A stretch of DNA of 64,000 nucleotides from assembly GCA_034421435.1 (NCBI GenBank), contig DAOUKJ010000040.1, forward strand, positions 21,373 through 85,372. Reading direction: 5' to 3'. Within the stretch, counting starts at the first letter, position 1. The number at the start of each line of letters is the position of its first letter. The notes beneath the pieces were generated by a model. It saw only the letters and a list, made by a program, of their open reading frames with translations, searched no databases and had not been told where the DNA came from. Made by a program: the position numbers and the translations under genes. Positions 1 through 8,875 of the stretch are shown here, in pieces. The stretch comes from Dehalococcoidia bacterium (GTDB lineage Bacteria > Chloroflexota > Dehalococcoidia > Lucifugimonadales > UBA2985).

Positions 1-2
1 TG

Positions 3-125
3 CCCGAACCCAACGACGTGGCGGACGCGCTTGCGCTTGCGCTGTGCCACTGGCAGGCCATTGGCGGCGCCGGTGCGGCACTCGCCGGACCGGGCGCGGG
101 CCGTGCGACCGGCGCGGTGGTGTAA
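3..125 (+). CDS. ruvC: Crossover junction endodeoxyribonuclease RuvC, C-terminal fragment (5' end outside window)
   Basis: Frame 3 reads PEPNDVADALALALCHWQAIGG...* and ends at TAA 123-125. The DxADALAxAxCH motif is the conserved RuvC C-terminus. It lies directly upstream of ruvA-ruvB. Confidence 0.75.
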   Translation, partial: PEPNDVADALALALCHWQAIGGAGAALAGPGAGRATGAVV

Positions 126-131
126 CGAGTC

Positions 132-773
132 GTGATCAACTACCTCAGAGGAACCATCCGGCGAGTCTACAAGGAAGAGGCGCGCGTCATCCTTGACGTG
201 AGCGGCGTCGGCTACGAGCTGCTGCTCCCGTACTTCGTGATGCGCTCACTGGAGGAGGACGACACGGGCGAGGGGCAGGAGGTGGAGATGGAGGTCTACT
301 ACCATGCCTCGGAGCGGCAGCCGAAGCCGCTTCTGGTGGGCTTTCGCAAGGAGTTCGAGAGGACGTTCTTTGAGAGGCTCATACAGGTGGAGGACGTGGG
401 AGTGAACACGGCGGCCCGCGCCTTGGTGTTCTCGGTGTCCACGGTCGCGAGGGCCATTGAGGAGGGGAACACGGAGCTGCTGGTCAAGATGCCGGGCATA
501 GGCAAGAGAACGGCGGACAAGATGGTGGCCACGCTCCGCGGCAAGATGGCGGAATGGGCGCTGCTCCGCGACGAAGGCTATACCGCGGTGCCCTCGACTC
601 GCAGGCGCGGCAACGTGCTGGACGAGGTGGTGAGCGTGCTGGTGAACCTGGGCCATCGCAGCACGGAGGCCCAGCAGAAGGTGGAGGAGGCGGCGGCCGT
701 CGTCTCCAACCCCGGCGACCCGCAGGAGCTGCTGCGCGAAGTGTTCAGAATCGAGCGTGGAGCGAGCGAGTAG
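132..773 (+). CDS. ruvA: Holliday junction branch migration complex subunit RuvA
   Basis: 213-aa ORF starting MINYLRGTI. It has HhH-type GIGKRTADKMV and a C-terminal domain III. It lies between ruvC and ruvB. Confidence 0.9.
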   Translation: MINYLRGTIRRVYKEEARVILDVSGVGYELLLPYFVMRSLEEDDTGEGQEVEMEVYYHASERQPKPLLVGFRKEFERTFFERLIQVEDVGVNTAARALVFSVSTVARAIEEGNTELLVKMPGIGKRTADKMVATLRGKMAEWALLRDEGYTAVPSTRRRGNVLDEVVSVLVNLGHRSTEAQQKVEEAAAVVSNPGDPQELLREVFRIERGASE

Positions 774-1808
774 ATGGCCAGAGAGCGCATCATAGGCGAG
801 AGCGAGCAGGTCCCGCCCATCGACACGCCTACGGAGACGGAGGAGAGCCTGCCGCTGAGCCTGCGTCCCCGCACGCTGCGCGAGTACGTGGGGCAGCTGC
901 AGGTGGTCGAGAGCCTGAGCATTGCTATCGCTGCGGCCAAGACGCGCGGCGAGCCGCTGGAGCACGTGCTGTTCCACGGCCCGCCTGGACTCGGCAAGAC
1001 CACGCTCGCCCACATCATTGCCCGCGAGATGGGCGCCGAGATGGTTCACACGTCCGGCCCGGCGCTGGAAAAGCCGCTGGACATCGTGGGTGTGCTGTCC
1101 AACCTCAGCGAGGGCGAGGTGCTCTTCATCGACGAGATACACCGGCTGCCGCACACCGTGGAGGAGTACCTGTACTCCGCAATGGAGGACTTCCAGGTGG
1201 ACTTCGTGACCGGCAAGGGGGCGTACGCAAGGACGCTGCCCTTCCAGCTCAAGCGGTTCACGCTCATTGGCGCGACCACAAGGGCGGGGCTGCTGACGCC
1301 TCCTCTTCGCGACCGGTTCGGGATGATCTACCACCTAGACTTCTACTCGACGGATGAGCTTACGGAGGTGGTGAGACGCTCATCGGAGATCCTGGAGGTG
1401 GGCATCGACCGGGACGGCGCCAGGGAGATCGCAGGTCGCTCGCGCGGGACGCCCAGGGTCGCCAACAGGCTGCTGCGAAGAGTGCGAGACTACGCGCAGG
1501 TGAAGAGCGGCGGTCGCGCTGACCGGGACGTGGCGGACGCCGCGCTCGAGAGGGAGGGTGTCGACGAGCACGGGCTTGACCGGCTCGACAGGCTGTACCT
1601 GAACACGATTGCCGAGAACTACCGCGGCGGACCGGTTGGCATCGACGCGCTTGCGGCGACGGTCAACGAGGAGGTGCAGACGCTGGTGGACGTGGTCGAG
1701 CCGTTTCTGCTGAAGGAGGGCTTTGTGCTGAGAACACCCGGCGGTCGCAAGATCGGCGATGCGGCCATGACGAAGCTGGGGCTGCGGGAGCAGGGTCGGC
1801 TGCTGTGA
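774..1808 (+). CDS. ruvB: Holliday junction DNA helicase RuvB
   Basis: 344 aa with Walker A GPPGLGKTTLAHIIA, FIDEIHRL and RGTPRVANRLLRRVRDY. The ATG directly abuts the ruvA stop. Confidence 0.97.
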   Translation: MARERIIGESEQVPPIDTPTETEESLPLSLRPRTLREYVGQLQVVESLSIAIAAAKTRGEPLEHVLFHGPPGLGKTTLAHIIAREMGAEMVHTSGPALEKPLDIVGVLSNLSEGEVLFIDEIHRLPHTVEEYLYSAMEDFQVDFVTGKGAYARTLPFQLKRFTLIGATTRAGLLTPPLRDRFGMIYHLDFYSTDELTEVVRRSSEILEVGIDRDGAREIAGRSRGTPRVANRLLRRVRDYAQVKSGGRADRDVADAALEREGVDEHGLDRLDRLYLNTIAENYRGGPVGIDALAATVNEEVQTLVDVVEPFLLKEGFVLRTPGGRKIGDAAMTKLGLREQGRLL

Positions 1809-1870
1809 GCGCTGAGCGGCAGAGCCGCCACATGGCACACTCACCCAAGCACGGCTCACCCCCATCTCAA

Positions 1871-1893
1871 TCTTCCCCCATCAAGGGGGAAGA
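1871..1893 (+). terminator. Hairpin downstream of ruvB (TCTTCCCCC-ATCAA-GGGGGAAGA); a similar hairpin lies at 1927-1946
   Basis: 9-bp perfect stem about 60 nt after the ruvB stop, followed by GGTTTAGG (weak U tract). A second TTCCCCC...GGGGGAA hairpin lies 50 nt further on. Confidence 0.3.
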
Positions 1894-1997
1894 GGTTTAG
1901 GATAGATCGGCGCAAGCCTGAGTCCATTCCCCCGTCTGCGGGGGAAGGTTATGATGGGGGGAAAGAGCGGCGCAACCCAACCCAAGGAGGTGACGCA

Positions 1998-2321
1998 GTG
2001 ATCTACGAACTGAGGACATACGAGGCCATGCCTGGCAAGTTGCCGGCGCTCAACCGCCGCTTCGCCGAGATCACGATGGGGTACTTCAAGAAGCACGGCT
2101 TCAACGTGGTGGGGTTCTGGACGGAGGACGTGGGCACCAGCAACACGCTGGTGTACATGCTGTCATTCGAGGACGCGGCGGACCGGGAGCGGGGGTGGAG
2201 CGCATTCCGCGCGGACGAGGAACGGGCGAAGCTGTTTGCCGAGACGGAGAAGGACGGCCCACTCGTCGCCAGGATCACCAACCGCCTGATGAGGGCTACG
2301 GACTACTCGCCGATGCAGTAA
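1998..2321 (+). CDS. NIPSNAP family protein
   Basis: 107 aa starting MIYELRTYEAMPGKLPALNRRF...VGFWTEDVGTSNTLVYMLSFED, the typical NIPSNAP dimeric alpha-beta barrel signature. GTG start is preceded by AAGGAGG. Confidence 0.8.
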   Translation: MIYELRTYEAMPGKLPALNRRFAEITMGYFKKHGFNVVGFWTEDVGTSNTLVYMLSFEDAADRERGWSAFRADEERAKLFAETEKDGPLVARITNRLMRATDYSPMQ

Positions 2322-2428
2322 GGCGGACGGGCGTTAGCAAGAGGGAAATGCTGACTCGACAGGCCATGAACTGCATACCAGGTTAATTCGCAAGGCAATC
2401 CATCGCCGGATGCGCGGCCCGCCCGCAT

Positions 2429-2455
2429 GGTTCGACAGGCTCACCACGAGCGGGC
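2429..2455. repeat. REP-like dispersed repeat (GGTTCGACAGGCTCACC ACGAGCGGGC)
   Basis: The 17-mer at 2429-2445 is the exact reverse complement of 42107-42123. The GAGCGGGC tail recurs at 42081-42088 and 45793-45800. Confidence 0.6.
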
Positions 2456-2589
2456 AGCATGGACGATACATTCAGAGGTTGTCCTGTCACCACGAGCCGT
2501 GAGTGCCGGTTTCCCACGCTTGTTGACTGGCGCGCGCTGCGGCCTTAGAATCGCGGGTGAATCGGAGCCTGGCCGCAAACGGAGGCGCA

Positions 2590-3450
2590 ATGTTTGAGAC
2601 GATAGGCAGGAGTTTCAGGCTGTTGAAGCTGTGCCTGCACGTGCTGGCGGTGGACAAGGAGTTGATACTCTTTCCGGTGTTCTCCTCGATAGGCGTGATA
2701 CTGGTGTCGCTGACGTTTGCGGGAGTGGGCTTTGGCATCGGCGCGTTCGAGCGGTTGGAAGGTGAAGGCACGAGTGTCATCGACCTCGCCTTGGTGTTCG
2801 TCTTCTACGTAGCTGCCTACTTCATCATCATCTTCTTCAACAGCGCACTGGTATTCGCCGCTCACGAGCGGCTGGCCGGCGGCGACCCCAACATTCGCTC
2901 CGGCCTGAACGGCGCCTTCCACCGGGTAATCACGATCTTCAAGTGGGCGGTCATTGCAGCCACGGTCGGGCTCATACTGCGGATTCTGGCCGGTCAGGCT
3001 CGAGAGCGGGGCGGCGTAATGGGGTTCATTGGCTACATTGTGGTGCAGCTGCTCGGGGCTGCCTGGACGATGGTCACTTTCTTCGTGGTGCCACTCATCG
3101 TGATCGAGCACAGGTCGCTGGGCGACGCCTTCAAGGGGTCCCTGTCCATGCTGCGCCGCACGTGGGGTGAGCAGGTGACCGCCAACTTCGGGCTGGGAAT
3201 CGCCGGTCTCATCGTGGGTCTGGTTGCATTTGCCATCAGCGCGGCGCTTTTCTTCGTGCTGTCGCTCATCGGCACACTCGGCATGATTCTGGCCGTCGTC
3301 ATCGGGGCCGTACTGCTGATCGGCGTGGCCTTGGTGTTTGCCACGCTGGACGGTATCTTCAAGGCGGCTCTGTACAACTACGCCTCCGACGGGCAGGTTC
3401 CATCGCTCTTCCCGGATGACGTAGTGCGCGACGCGTTTCGCCGGAGCTAG
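2590..3450 (+). CDS. Multi-pass membrane protein of unknown function (resembles DUF6159-type proteins from memory)
   Basis: The track ORF is 2557-3450; the internal ATG at 2590 gives MFETIGRSFRLLKLCLHVLAVDKELILFP. There are about 6 hydrophobic segments. Confidence 0.7.
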   Translation: MFETIGRSFRLLKLCLHVLAVDKELILFPVFSSIGVILVSLTFAGVGFGIGAFERLEGEGTSVIDLALVFVFYVAAYFIIIFFNSALVFAAHERLAGGDPNIRSGLNGAFHRVITIFKWAVIAATVGLILRILAGQARERGGVMGFIGYIVVQLLGAAWTMVTFFVVPLIVIEHRSLGDAFKGSLSMLRRTWGEQVTANFGLGIAGLIVGLVAFAISAALFFVLSLIGTLGMILAVVIGAVLLIGVALVFATLDGIFKAALYNYASDGQVPSLFPDDVVRDAFRRS

Positions 3451-3630
3451 AGCCAATGCCCGCGAGCATCGCACAGGGCCGCAGTAGCGCCGTTGCCGTG
3501 TATCCGTTCCGCCCGCAGGCAGAGCGCGTGAGGCCGCGCGCGAAGAGGTAGCAGCGTCTTGCAGCAATCGTGGCGCCCAAGGCCGGGCGACAGGGTGGTT
3601 AGGCGTCCCCGGGAAGAGGAGTTGAGGCCG

Positions 3631-4986
3631 GTGCACATCACGGCCTCCGAGCCCAGGGTCCCGCCCAAGAACTACGGCTCACCGTACCTGCTGCTGGGCG
3701 GCTTTGCCCTCATGATCGCCGTGGGCACGGCCCTCCTGTTGATGCCGGTCGCCAACAATCAGGGAGAGGTCACTCCCTTCATGGACGCGCTCTTCACGGC
3801 GACCTCCGCCGTGACGGTTACGGGTCTGGTGGTCGTTGACACACCCACATACTGGAGCTTCACCGGGCAGCTGGTGATCATGGTGCTCGTGTTTGCCGGC
3901 GGGCTTGGCATAATGACCAGCGCCACGCTGTTTCTCCTGATCATCGGCCAGCGCATCACACTGGCCAACCGGCTGCTGATGAGGGAGAGCCTGGGCACAA
4001 ACCAGCTTGGCGGTCTGATAAGGCTTACAAGGCGCATTGTGCTGGTGGTGGTGGGTATACAGTTGGCGGGCTTTCTGGTGCTGATGGCAAGGCTCATAAG
4101 CGAGTATCCACTTGCCACGGCCGCGTGGCAATCGGCTTTTCATGCGGTGTCCGGGTTCAACAACGCGGGGTTCGCGATCTTTCCGGAGTCGGACAGCCTT
4201 GGCGCGTTTCGGAACGACTACACGGTGTTGGTCCCAATGACGCTGCTCATAATCCTTGGCACCGTAAGCTACACCGTGCTGTTGGACGTATTCGGCTATC
4301 GGAGGTTCAACCGATACACGCTCGATACCAAGCTGGTGGTGACGGTGACGGCGTTTCTGTTGCTCGTAGGCACGGCAGTCATCATGATTGGGGAGTACAG
4401 GAACGCGGAGACGCTGGGCCCGCTGTCGGTTGTGTCCAAGGCGTTCACGGCTTTCTTCCACTCCGCCAGCGGCCGCACCGCCGGGTTCACGACCGTCAGT
4501 TTCGAGAACATGGAGCTTCACAGCAGCTTCTTCATCACTGGACTGATGTTCATAGGCGGAGCGTCCGCTTCCACGGCAGGGGGCATCAAGGTGAACACAA
4601 TTGCCGTTCTGATGGCCGCGGTTCTCTCGTCTATTGCGGGCAGAAGCCATGCCACGGCGTTCGGCAGGGAGCTGCCGCAGACGCAGGTGTTCAGAGCCCT
4701 GACCGTCCTGGTGCTCGGAATCGTAATGGTATTCTCCGTGGCGTTCATCCTGACCATGAGCGAAGGGCTTCCGCTCAACCAGACACTCTTCGAGACGGTA
4801 TCCGCGTTCTCCACGGTGGGCCTGTCCACGGGCATAACCGACGAGCTTTCGCCTGTGGGGAGACTCATCATCATCCTGACGATGTACTTCGGTCGGATCG
4901 GGCCGCTCACACTTGCGCTAGTATTGGCGCAAAAGGAGCAGACGGCCACCTATCGCTACGCCGAGGAAAGGGTTAAAATAGGTTGA
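3631..4986 (+). CDS. ktrB: TrkH/KtrB-family K+ transporter membrane subunit
   Basis: The ORF is open from 3559. The GTG at 3631 follows GAGGAG, so the start is uncertain. It has repeated M1-P-M2 units with selectivity-filter-like TVTGL, SGFNNAG, GRTAGF and STVGLSTG. ktrA follows 4 nt downstream. Confidence 0.9.
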   Translation: MHITASEPRVPPKNYGSPYLLLGGFALMIAVGTALLLMPVANNQGEVTPFMDALFTATSAVTVTGLVVVDTPTYWSFTGQLVIMVLVFAGGLGIMTSATLFLLIIGQRITLANRLLMRESLGTNQLGGLIRLTRRIVLVVVGIQLAGFLVLMARLISEYPLATAAWQSAFHAVSGFNNAGFAIFPESDSLGAFRNDYTVLVPMTLLIILGTVSYTVLLDVFGYRRFNRYTLDTKLVVTVTAFLLLVGTAVIMIGEYRNAETLGPLSVVSKAFTAFFHSASGRTAGFTTVSFENMELHSSFFITGLMFIGGASASTAGGIKVNTIAVLMAAVLSSIAGRSHATAFGRELPQTQVFRALTVLVLGIVMVFSVAFILTMSEGLPLNQTLFETVSAFSTVGLSTGITDELSPVGRLIIILTMYFGRIGPLTLALVLAQKEQTATYRYAEERVKIG

Positions 4987-4989
4987 GAA

Positions 4990-5679
4990 ATGGCCAAGTC
5001 GATTATGGTAATAGGGCTGGGTAGGTTTGGGACTAGCGTTGCGCAAACGCTGTTCCAGATGGGGTTCGACGTGCTCGCGATGGACACCGACGAGAAGGTG
5101 GTGCAGGCCAACCTTGGCCGCGTGACCTACAGCGTGCAGGGCGACGCCACCAACGAGACCATCCTGCGGGAGCTCGGCGCAGCCAACTTCGACGCGGCGA
5201 TAGTGGCCGTTGGCTCCGACATGCAGGCCAGCCTCATGACCTCCGTGCTGCTGACCACACTTGGCGTACCACTCATAGTGGCCAGAGCGGAGAACCAGCT
5301 CCACGGCGACACGCTTCTCAGAATCGGCGTGCACAAGATAATCTACCCGGAGTTCGAGATGGGGGAGTTCCTGGCCCACAGTTTGTTCAATCGCGACGTA
5401 CTGGAGTACATGGACCTGACGCCCGAATTCGGGCTGAGCAAGCTGCGCATTGCTGATTCGCTGGAGAACCACAGCCTCAGGACTGCCGGTCTGGGAGGAG
5501 GCGCCAGGGACAAGTACGGGATGGCCGTGATCGCCATCAGGCGCGGCAGGGACGTCACGCTGGCGCCTGACGAGGACGAGGTGCTACGCAAGGGAGACAT
5601 CCTGGTTGTGGCAGCCAGAAACGAACAGCTGGAGCGATGGCACTCCGTCAACCCGGAATCCACCAACGGCGCTGAGTGA
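4990..5679 (+). CDS. ktrA: TrkA/KtrA-type RCK regulatory subunit (TrkA_N + TrkA_C)
   Basis: 229 aa. MVIGLGRFGTSVAQTL is a Rossmann GxGxxG motif, and a C-terminal TrkA_C-like domain (GDILVVAARNEQLERW) is present. Confidence 0.9.
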   Translation: MAKSIMVIGLGRFGTSVAQTLFQMGFDVLAMDTDEKVVQANLGRVTYSVQGDATNETILRELGAANFDAAIVAVGSDMQASLMTSVLLTTLGVPLIVARAENQLHGDTLLRIGVHKIIYPEFEMGEFLAHSLFNRDVLEYMDLTPEFGLSKLRIADSLENHSLRTAGLGGGARDKYGMAVIAIRRGRDVTLAPDEDEVLRKGDILVVAARNEQLERWHSVNPESTNGAE

Positions 5680-5834
5680 CGCGACAGTGTGGAGCAGTGG
5701 AAAGGTCAGCAGTCGCAAGGCCGTGACCTCCGGAGCGCAAGCGCGACTCTGCTCGCATTCAGGGCGCGTTGTTGCGTCACAGTTCGCCCCCAGACCTTGC
5801 TACGCGGCAATTCACTTCGTATAATCTGGCACTG

Positions 5835-6314
5835 ATGAGTTCATCGAACGGACTGGTTAGCCCCGGCGAGAAGATTCTCGTACCGGTGGCAGGAAACAGC
5901 GGGGACGAGAAGGCCCTGCAGTTGGCCGGGGAACTGGCAAAGGCCAACAAGGCAGTGGTGGAGGCCCTGTACGTGATCGAAATCGACCACGCCCTGCCGC
6001 TGGACGTGGAGGTTGCGCAGGAGACCGCGCGCGCCGAAAGGCTGCTCCAGAAGATTGAGCGACTGGGCAGGGAGCTGAAGTGCCACGTGGAGGCCACCAT
6101 GCTGCAGGCAAGGGACGCGGGGCCGGCTGTTGTGCGTGCGGCTGTGGATGGCGGATGCGACATGATAGTCCTGCACATGGCCTACAAGCGTCAGTTTGGC
6201 GCATTCACACTTGGCCAGTCGATACCGTACATTCTTGAGAATGCGCCGTGCCAGGTGCTTCTCTGCAGGGACGCAATGGCGCCGTATGACGGCAACGGCT
6301 CGGCGCGAGACTAG
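5835..6314 (+). CDS. Universal stress protein (UspA family)
   Basis: The ATG at 5835 gives MSSSNGLVSPGEKILVPVAGNSGDEKAL...CDMIVLHMAYKR...ILENAPCQVLLCR, a USP fold signature. Confidence 0.8.
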   Translation: MSSSNGLVSPGEKILVPVAGNSGDEKALQLAGELAKANKAVVEALYVIEIDHALPLDVEVAQETARAERLLQKIERLGRELKCHVEATMLQARDAGPAVVRAAVDGGCDMIVLHMAYKRQFGAFTLGQSIPYILENAPCQVLLCRDAMAPYDGNGSARD

Positions 6315-6320
6315 GCAGCC

Positions 6321-6719
6321 ATGAACGTTCTCGTTATGGGCTGTGGCGAGATTGGCGCGCTGGTAGCAACGTCGCTCTGGCAGGAGGGACACCTGGTTTC
6401 GGTTATCGACAACAGTTCTGACAGGCTTCGCCGCCTGCCGAGGGGACTCCAGCAGGAGGCCGTGCTGGGCGACGGCACGCAGGAGGATGACCTGAAGAGG
6501 GCTGGAATCGAGAGCATGGACGCCTTCGTAGCCGTCTCGTCCGAGGACGTCGACAACATCTTCGCAGCGCAGATGGCGAAGCACGTGTTCATGGTGGAGC
6601 GAGTGACCTGCCGTATCGACGACGCTGCCCGGTGCCAGCTGTACTCCGAGTTGGGCCTGGATGCCGTGAGCGCCGCTGAGGCCGTCTCCGGCCTGATACT
6701 CCAGGCGGTCAACGGCTAA
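6321..6719 (+). CDS. TrkA_N-only (NAD-binding RCK) protein
   Basis: 132 aa starting MNVLVMGCGEIGALVATSL (GxGxxG). No TrkA_C domain is present. Confidence 0.8.
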   Translation: MNVLVMGCGEIGALVATSLWQEGHLVSVIDNSSDRLRRLPRGLQQEAVLGDGTQEDDLKRAGIESMDAFVAVSSEDVDNIFAAQMAKHVFMVERVTCRIDDAARCQLYSELGLDAVSAAEAVSGLILQAVNG

Positions 6720-6724
6720 CGTTC

Positions 6725-7390
6725 ATGTACGTCATAGTCGTCGGAGGCGGCAAGATAGGCCACCATCTCGCAGGGTCACTCCTGAGAAACGAGCACGAGG
6801 TAATGGTCGTGGAGCGGTCCGCGGAGCGGTGTGAGTCCGTCCGCCGCGAGCTCGGCAACATAGCAATCGCCGGGGACGGATGCGACGAGGAGACACTGAT
6901 GCGCGCAGGCACGGCCAGGGCGGATGTGTTCATAGCAACAACCGGCAGGGACCAGGACAACCTGGTGAGCTGCCAGATTGCCAAGCACAGGTTCATGGCC
7001 ACGCGGACCATCGCGCTGGTCAATGCACCGGCCAACGGCAGGCTGTTTGAGGCTGTGGGCGTGGACGTCTGGGTGAGCAGCACGGACGTTATAGTAGACA
7101 GAATAACGGAGGAGTTGCCGGCCAGCTCGCTGGTGCATCTGATGACGGTTAGGAGCGCCAACCGGCAGGTGGTCGGCATCCGGATACCATCGGACGCAGC
7201 CGTTGTTGGGCGGTCGCTCGGGCAGGTGAGCCTTCCGGCCGACAGCCTGATATCCTTCATCGTGAAGCGCAACGGAACACTTCTGCCGCCGGACGAGGAC
7301 TCAGTCCTGGGCACGGATGACGAGGTGGTGGCGGTAACCACTGCGGAGGGTGAGGAGATACTGCGCGAAGCACTGACGGGGACAATGTAG
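6725..7390 (+). CDS. TrkA-type RCK protein (TrkA_N + TrkA_C)
   Basis: 221 aa starting MYVIVVGGGKIGHHLAGSL, with a C-terminal TrkA_C-like segment (GRSLGQVSLPADSLISFIVKRNG). Confidence 0.85.
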   Translation: MYVIVVGGGKIGHHLAGSLLRNEHEVMVVERSAERCESVRRELGNIAIAGDGCDEETLMRAGTARADVFIATTGRDQDNLVSCQIAKHRFMATRTIALVNAPANGRLFEAVGVDVWVSSTDVIVDRITEELPASSLVHLMTVRSANRQVVGIRIPSDAAVVGRSLGQVSLPADSLISFIVKRNGTLLPPDEDSVLGTDDEVVAVTTAEGEEILREALTGTM

Positions 7391-7393
7391 CGA

Positions 7394-8224
7394 ATGGCGA
7401 AACGGATTGCCTATCTGGGGCCGGCGGGAACATTCACCGAGGCGGCAGCTATCCTCCACGACGCTGAAGCCTCACTCATTCCCATGTCCTCCATCGCGGC
7501 GGTAGCCTCAGCCGTGGACATCGACACGGCTGAAGAGGGCGTGGTGCCAATCGAAAACAGCATCGAAGGATCCGTCACCGACACTCTGGACCTGCTGATA
7601 CACGATTCCACGCTGGCGATCCGCCGGGAGCTGGTGATATCCATTGAGCACTGCCTGCTGGTGAAGCCGGGAGTCACCAGGGACGAGATCACGTCGATAC
7701 ACTCACACCCGCAGGCGCTGGGCCAGTGCAGGCGCTACATGGAGGCGCAGTTCCCGCAAGCCCAGGCCGTCGCGGCGCTGAGCACGGCAGCCGCCGTGGA
7801 AGACATGATGGCAGGCCCATCTTCAGCGGCCGCCATAGGCACGGCGAGGGCGGCGGAGATCTACGGGGCGGAGGTGCTGTCCCGCGGAATCCAGGACAAC
7901 AAGGCGAACTTCACGCGCTTTGTGGTGCTTGCGCACCGGGACCATCCGTCCACGGGGAGCGACAAGACCTCGCTGTGCTTCACGTTCAGCGACGACCGCG
8001 CGGGAATCCTGTACAGCGTGCTAGGCTACTTCGCCACTCGCGGCATCAACCTTGCAAAGGTCGAGTCGCGCCCGAACAAGGAGAGCCTGGGGCGGTACAT
8101 ATTCCTGGTTGACCTGGACGGGCACAGGGAAGACCCGCTGGTGCGGGAAGCGCTCGCGTGCGTGGAGGCCGAAGTCTCCATGCTCAAGGTATTCGGTTCG
8201 TATCCGCGGTTCCGGTACTCCTAG
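7394..8224 (+). CDS. pheA: Prephenate dehydratase
   Basis: 276 aa with IAYLGPAGTFTEAAA, ENSIEGSV and a C-terminal ACT domain with ESRP (LAKVESRPNKESLGRYIFLVD). Confidence 0.95.
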   Translation: MAKRIAYLGPAGTFTEAAAILHDAEASLIPMSSIAAVASAVDIDTAEEGVVPIENSIEGSVTDTLDLLIHDSTLAIRRELVISIEHCLLVKPGVTRDEITSIHSHPQALGQCRRYMEAQFPQAQAVAALSTAAAVEDMMAGPSSAAAIGTARAAEIYGAEVLSRGIQDNKANFTRFVVLAHRDHPSTGSDKTSLCFTFSDDRAGILYSVLGYFATRGINLAKVESRPNKESLGRYIFLVDLDGHREDPLVREALACVEAEVSMLKVFGSYPRFRYS

Positions 8225-8526
8225 GCGGGGGTCTCCTCCCGTCGCTCCGGGTCGGGTTCGGCGGCCAACTCACCTTCATTCTCACGGCGGGGATGAATCC
8301 GGTTGGCGACGACCCTTCCTTCGTCCATGACCTCGCGCACGATCTCCCTGACGCGCTCTCGGAAGTCCGCAGTCATGTCATCAGCCCGCTGTCTCAGGCC
8401 GGCGGTTCGCTCCATCACTTCGGCTCGCGTCTGCTCACCCGCCTTGGGCGCCAGCAGCAGGCCCGCCAGCAGCCCAATTGCTCCTCCTAGTACAAGTCCG
8501 GTTCCGAATCCGGCGTCATTTGCCAT
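8221..8526 (-). CDS. YtxH domain-containing protein
   Basis: 101 aa. The N-terminal glycine-zipper TM segment GFGTGLVLGGAIGLLAGLLLAPKAGEQTR is the YtxH signature. Confidence 0.75.
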   Translation of the reverse strand: MANDAGFGTGLVLGGAIGLLAGLLLAPKAGEQTRAEVMERTAGLRQRADDMTADFRERVREIVREVMDEGRVVANRIHPRRENEGELAAEPDPERREETPA

Positions 8527-8818
8527 TTTTCCTGTCTCCTTTTCCTTGCGTAAATCCCGCGATGAAGCCCAACACTCGCCCCGACGTGTACGCCAGGGAT
8601 GAGGCGTTCACCATGGGCTTGATGAACTTCTCCGAGATTTCGGTTGTGGCCTCCTGAGTGCGCTTTGCCGTGTCCCTCGCGGAGTCCAGCGTGGGAGACA
8701 CCTTGCGGTAGAGCAGCAACAGGACCACCACGGTCACAAGCATCACCAGCATTCCAGCCATGGCGAAGAATATGATGGTCAGGTCGCGAACGACCTGTAT
8801 GACTTCGGTTGCGCTCAT
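8516..8818 (-). CDS. DUF948-like membrane-anchored protein
   Basis: The ATG at 8818 follows GGAAGGGTGG. It has one N-terminal TM segment, then a coiled segment. The YtxH gene is immediately downstream, a pairing common in Firmicutes and Chloroflexi. Confidence 0.6.
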   Translation of the reverse strand: MSATEVIQVVRDLTIIFFAMAGMLVMLVTVVVLLLLYRKVSPTLDSARDTAKRTQEATTEISEKFIKPMVNASSLAYTSGRVLGFIAGFTQGKGDRKNGK

Positions 8819-8875
8819 GCCACCCTTCCGCGGCTGCCCCACCCTGTTGGATAGCGGGCTAACCTATCGATTGTA

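Noticed and set aside
246-1334. Long antisense or alternative-frame ORFs. Examples: 246-1334(-), 554-1357(+), 2545-3636(-), 3679-4650(-), 10931-11944(+), 11957-13099(+), 18530-19660(+), 22030-23274(-), 35383-36774(-), 38663-39763(-), 46044-47117(+), 57017-57976(-), 59892-61061(-), 61046-61939(-).
   Set aside because: They overlap strongly supported genes on the other strand or frame. They have Arg/Gly/Pro/His-rich low-complexity translations and lack RBSs or recognisable motifs. These are typical stop-codon-poor shadows in high-G+C DNA.
3451-3630. Possible c-di-AMP (ydaO/kimA-type) riboswitch upstream of ktrB
   Set aside because: I could not find the paired pseudo-symmetric ACGGGGA / CCCGA-type conserved blocks. 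The region is simply GC-rich with an uncertain gene start. A cmsearch with RF00379 would settle it.
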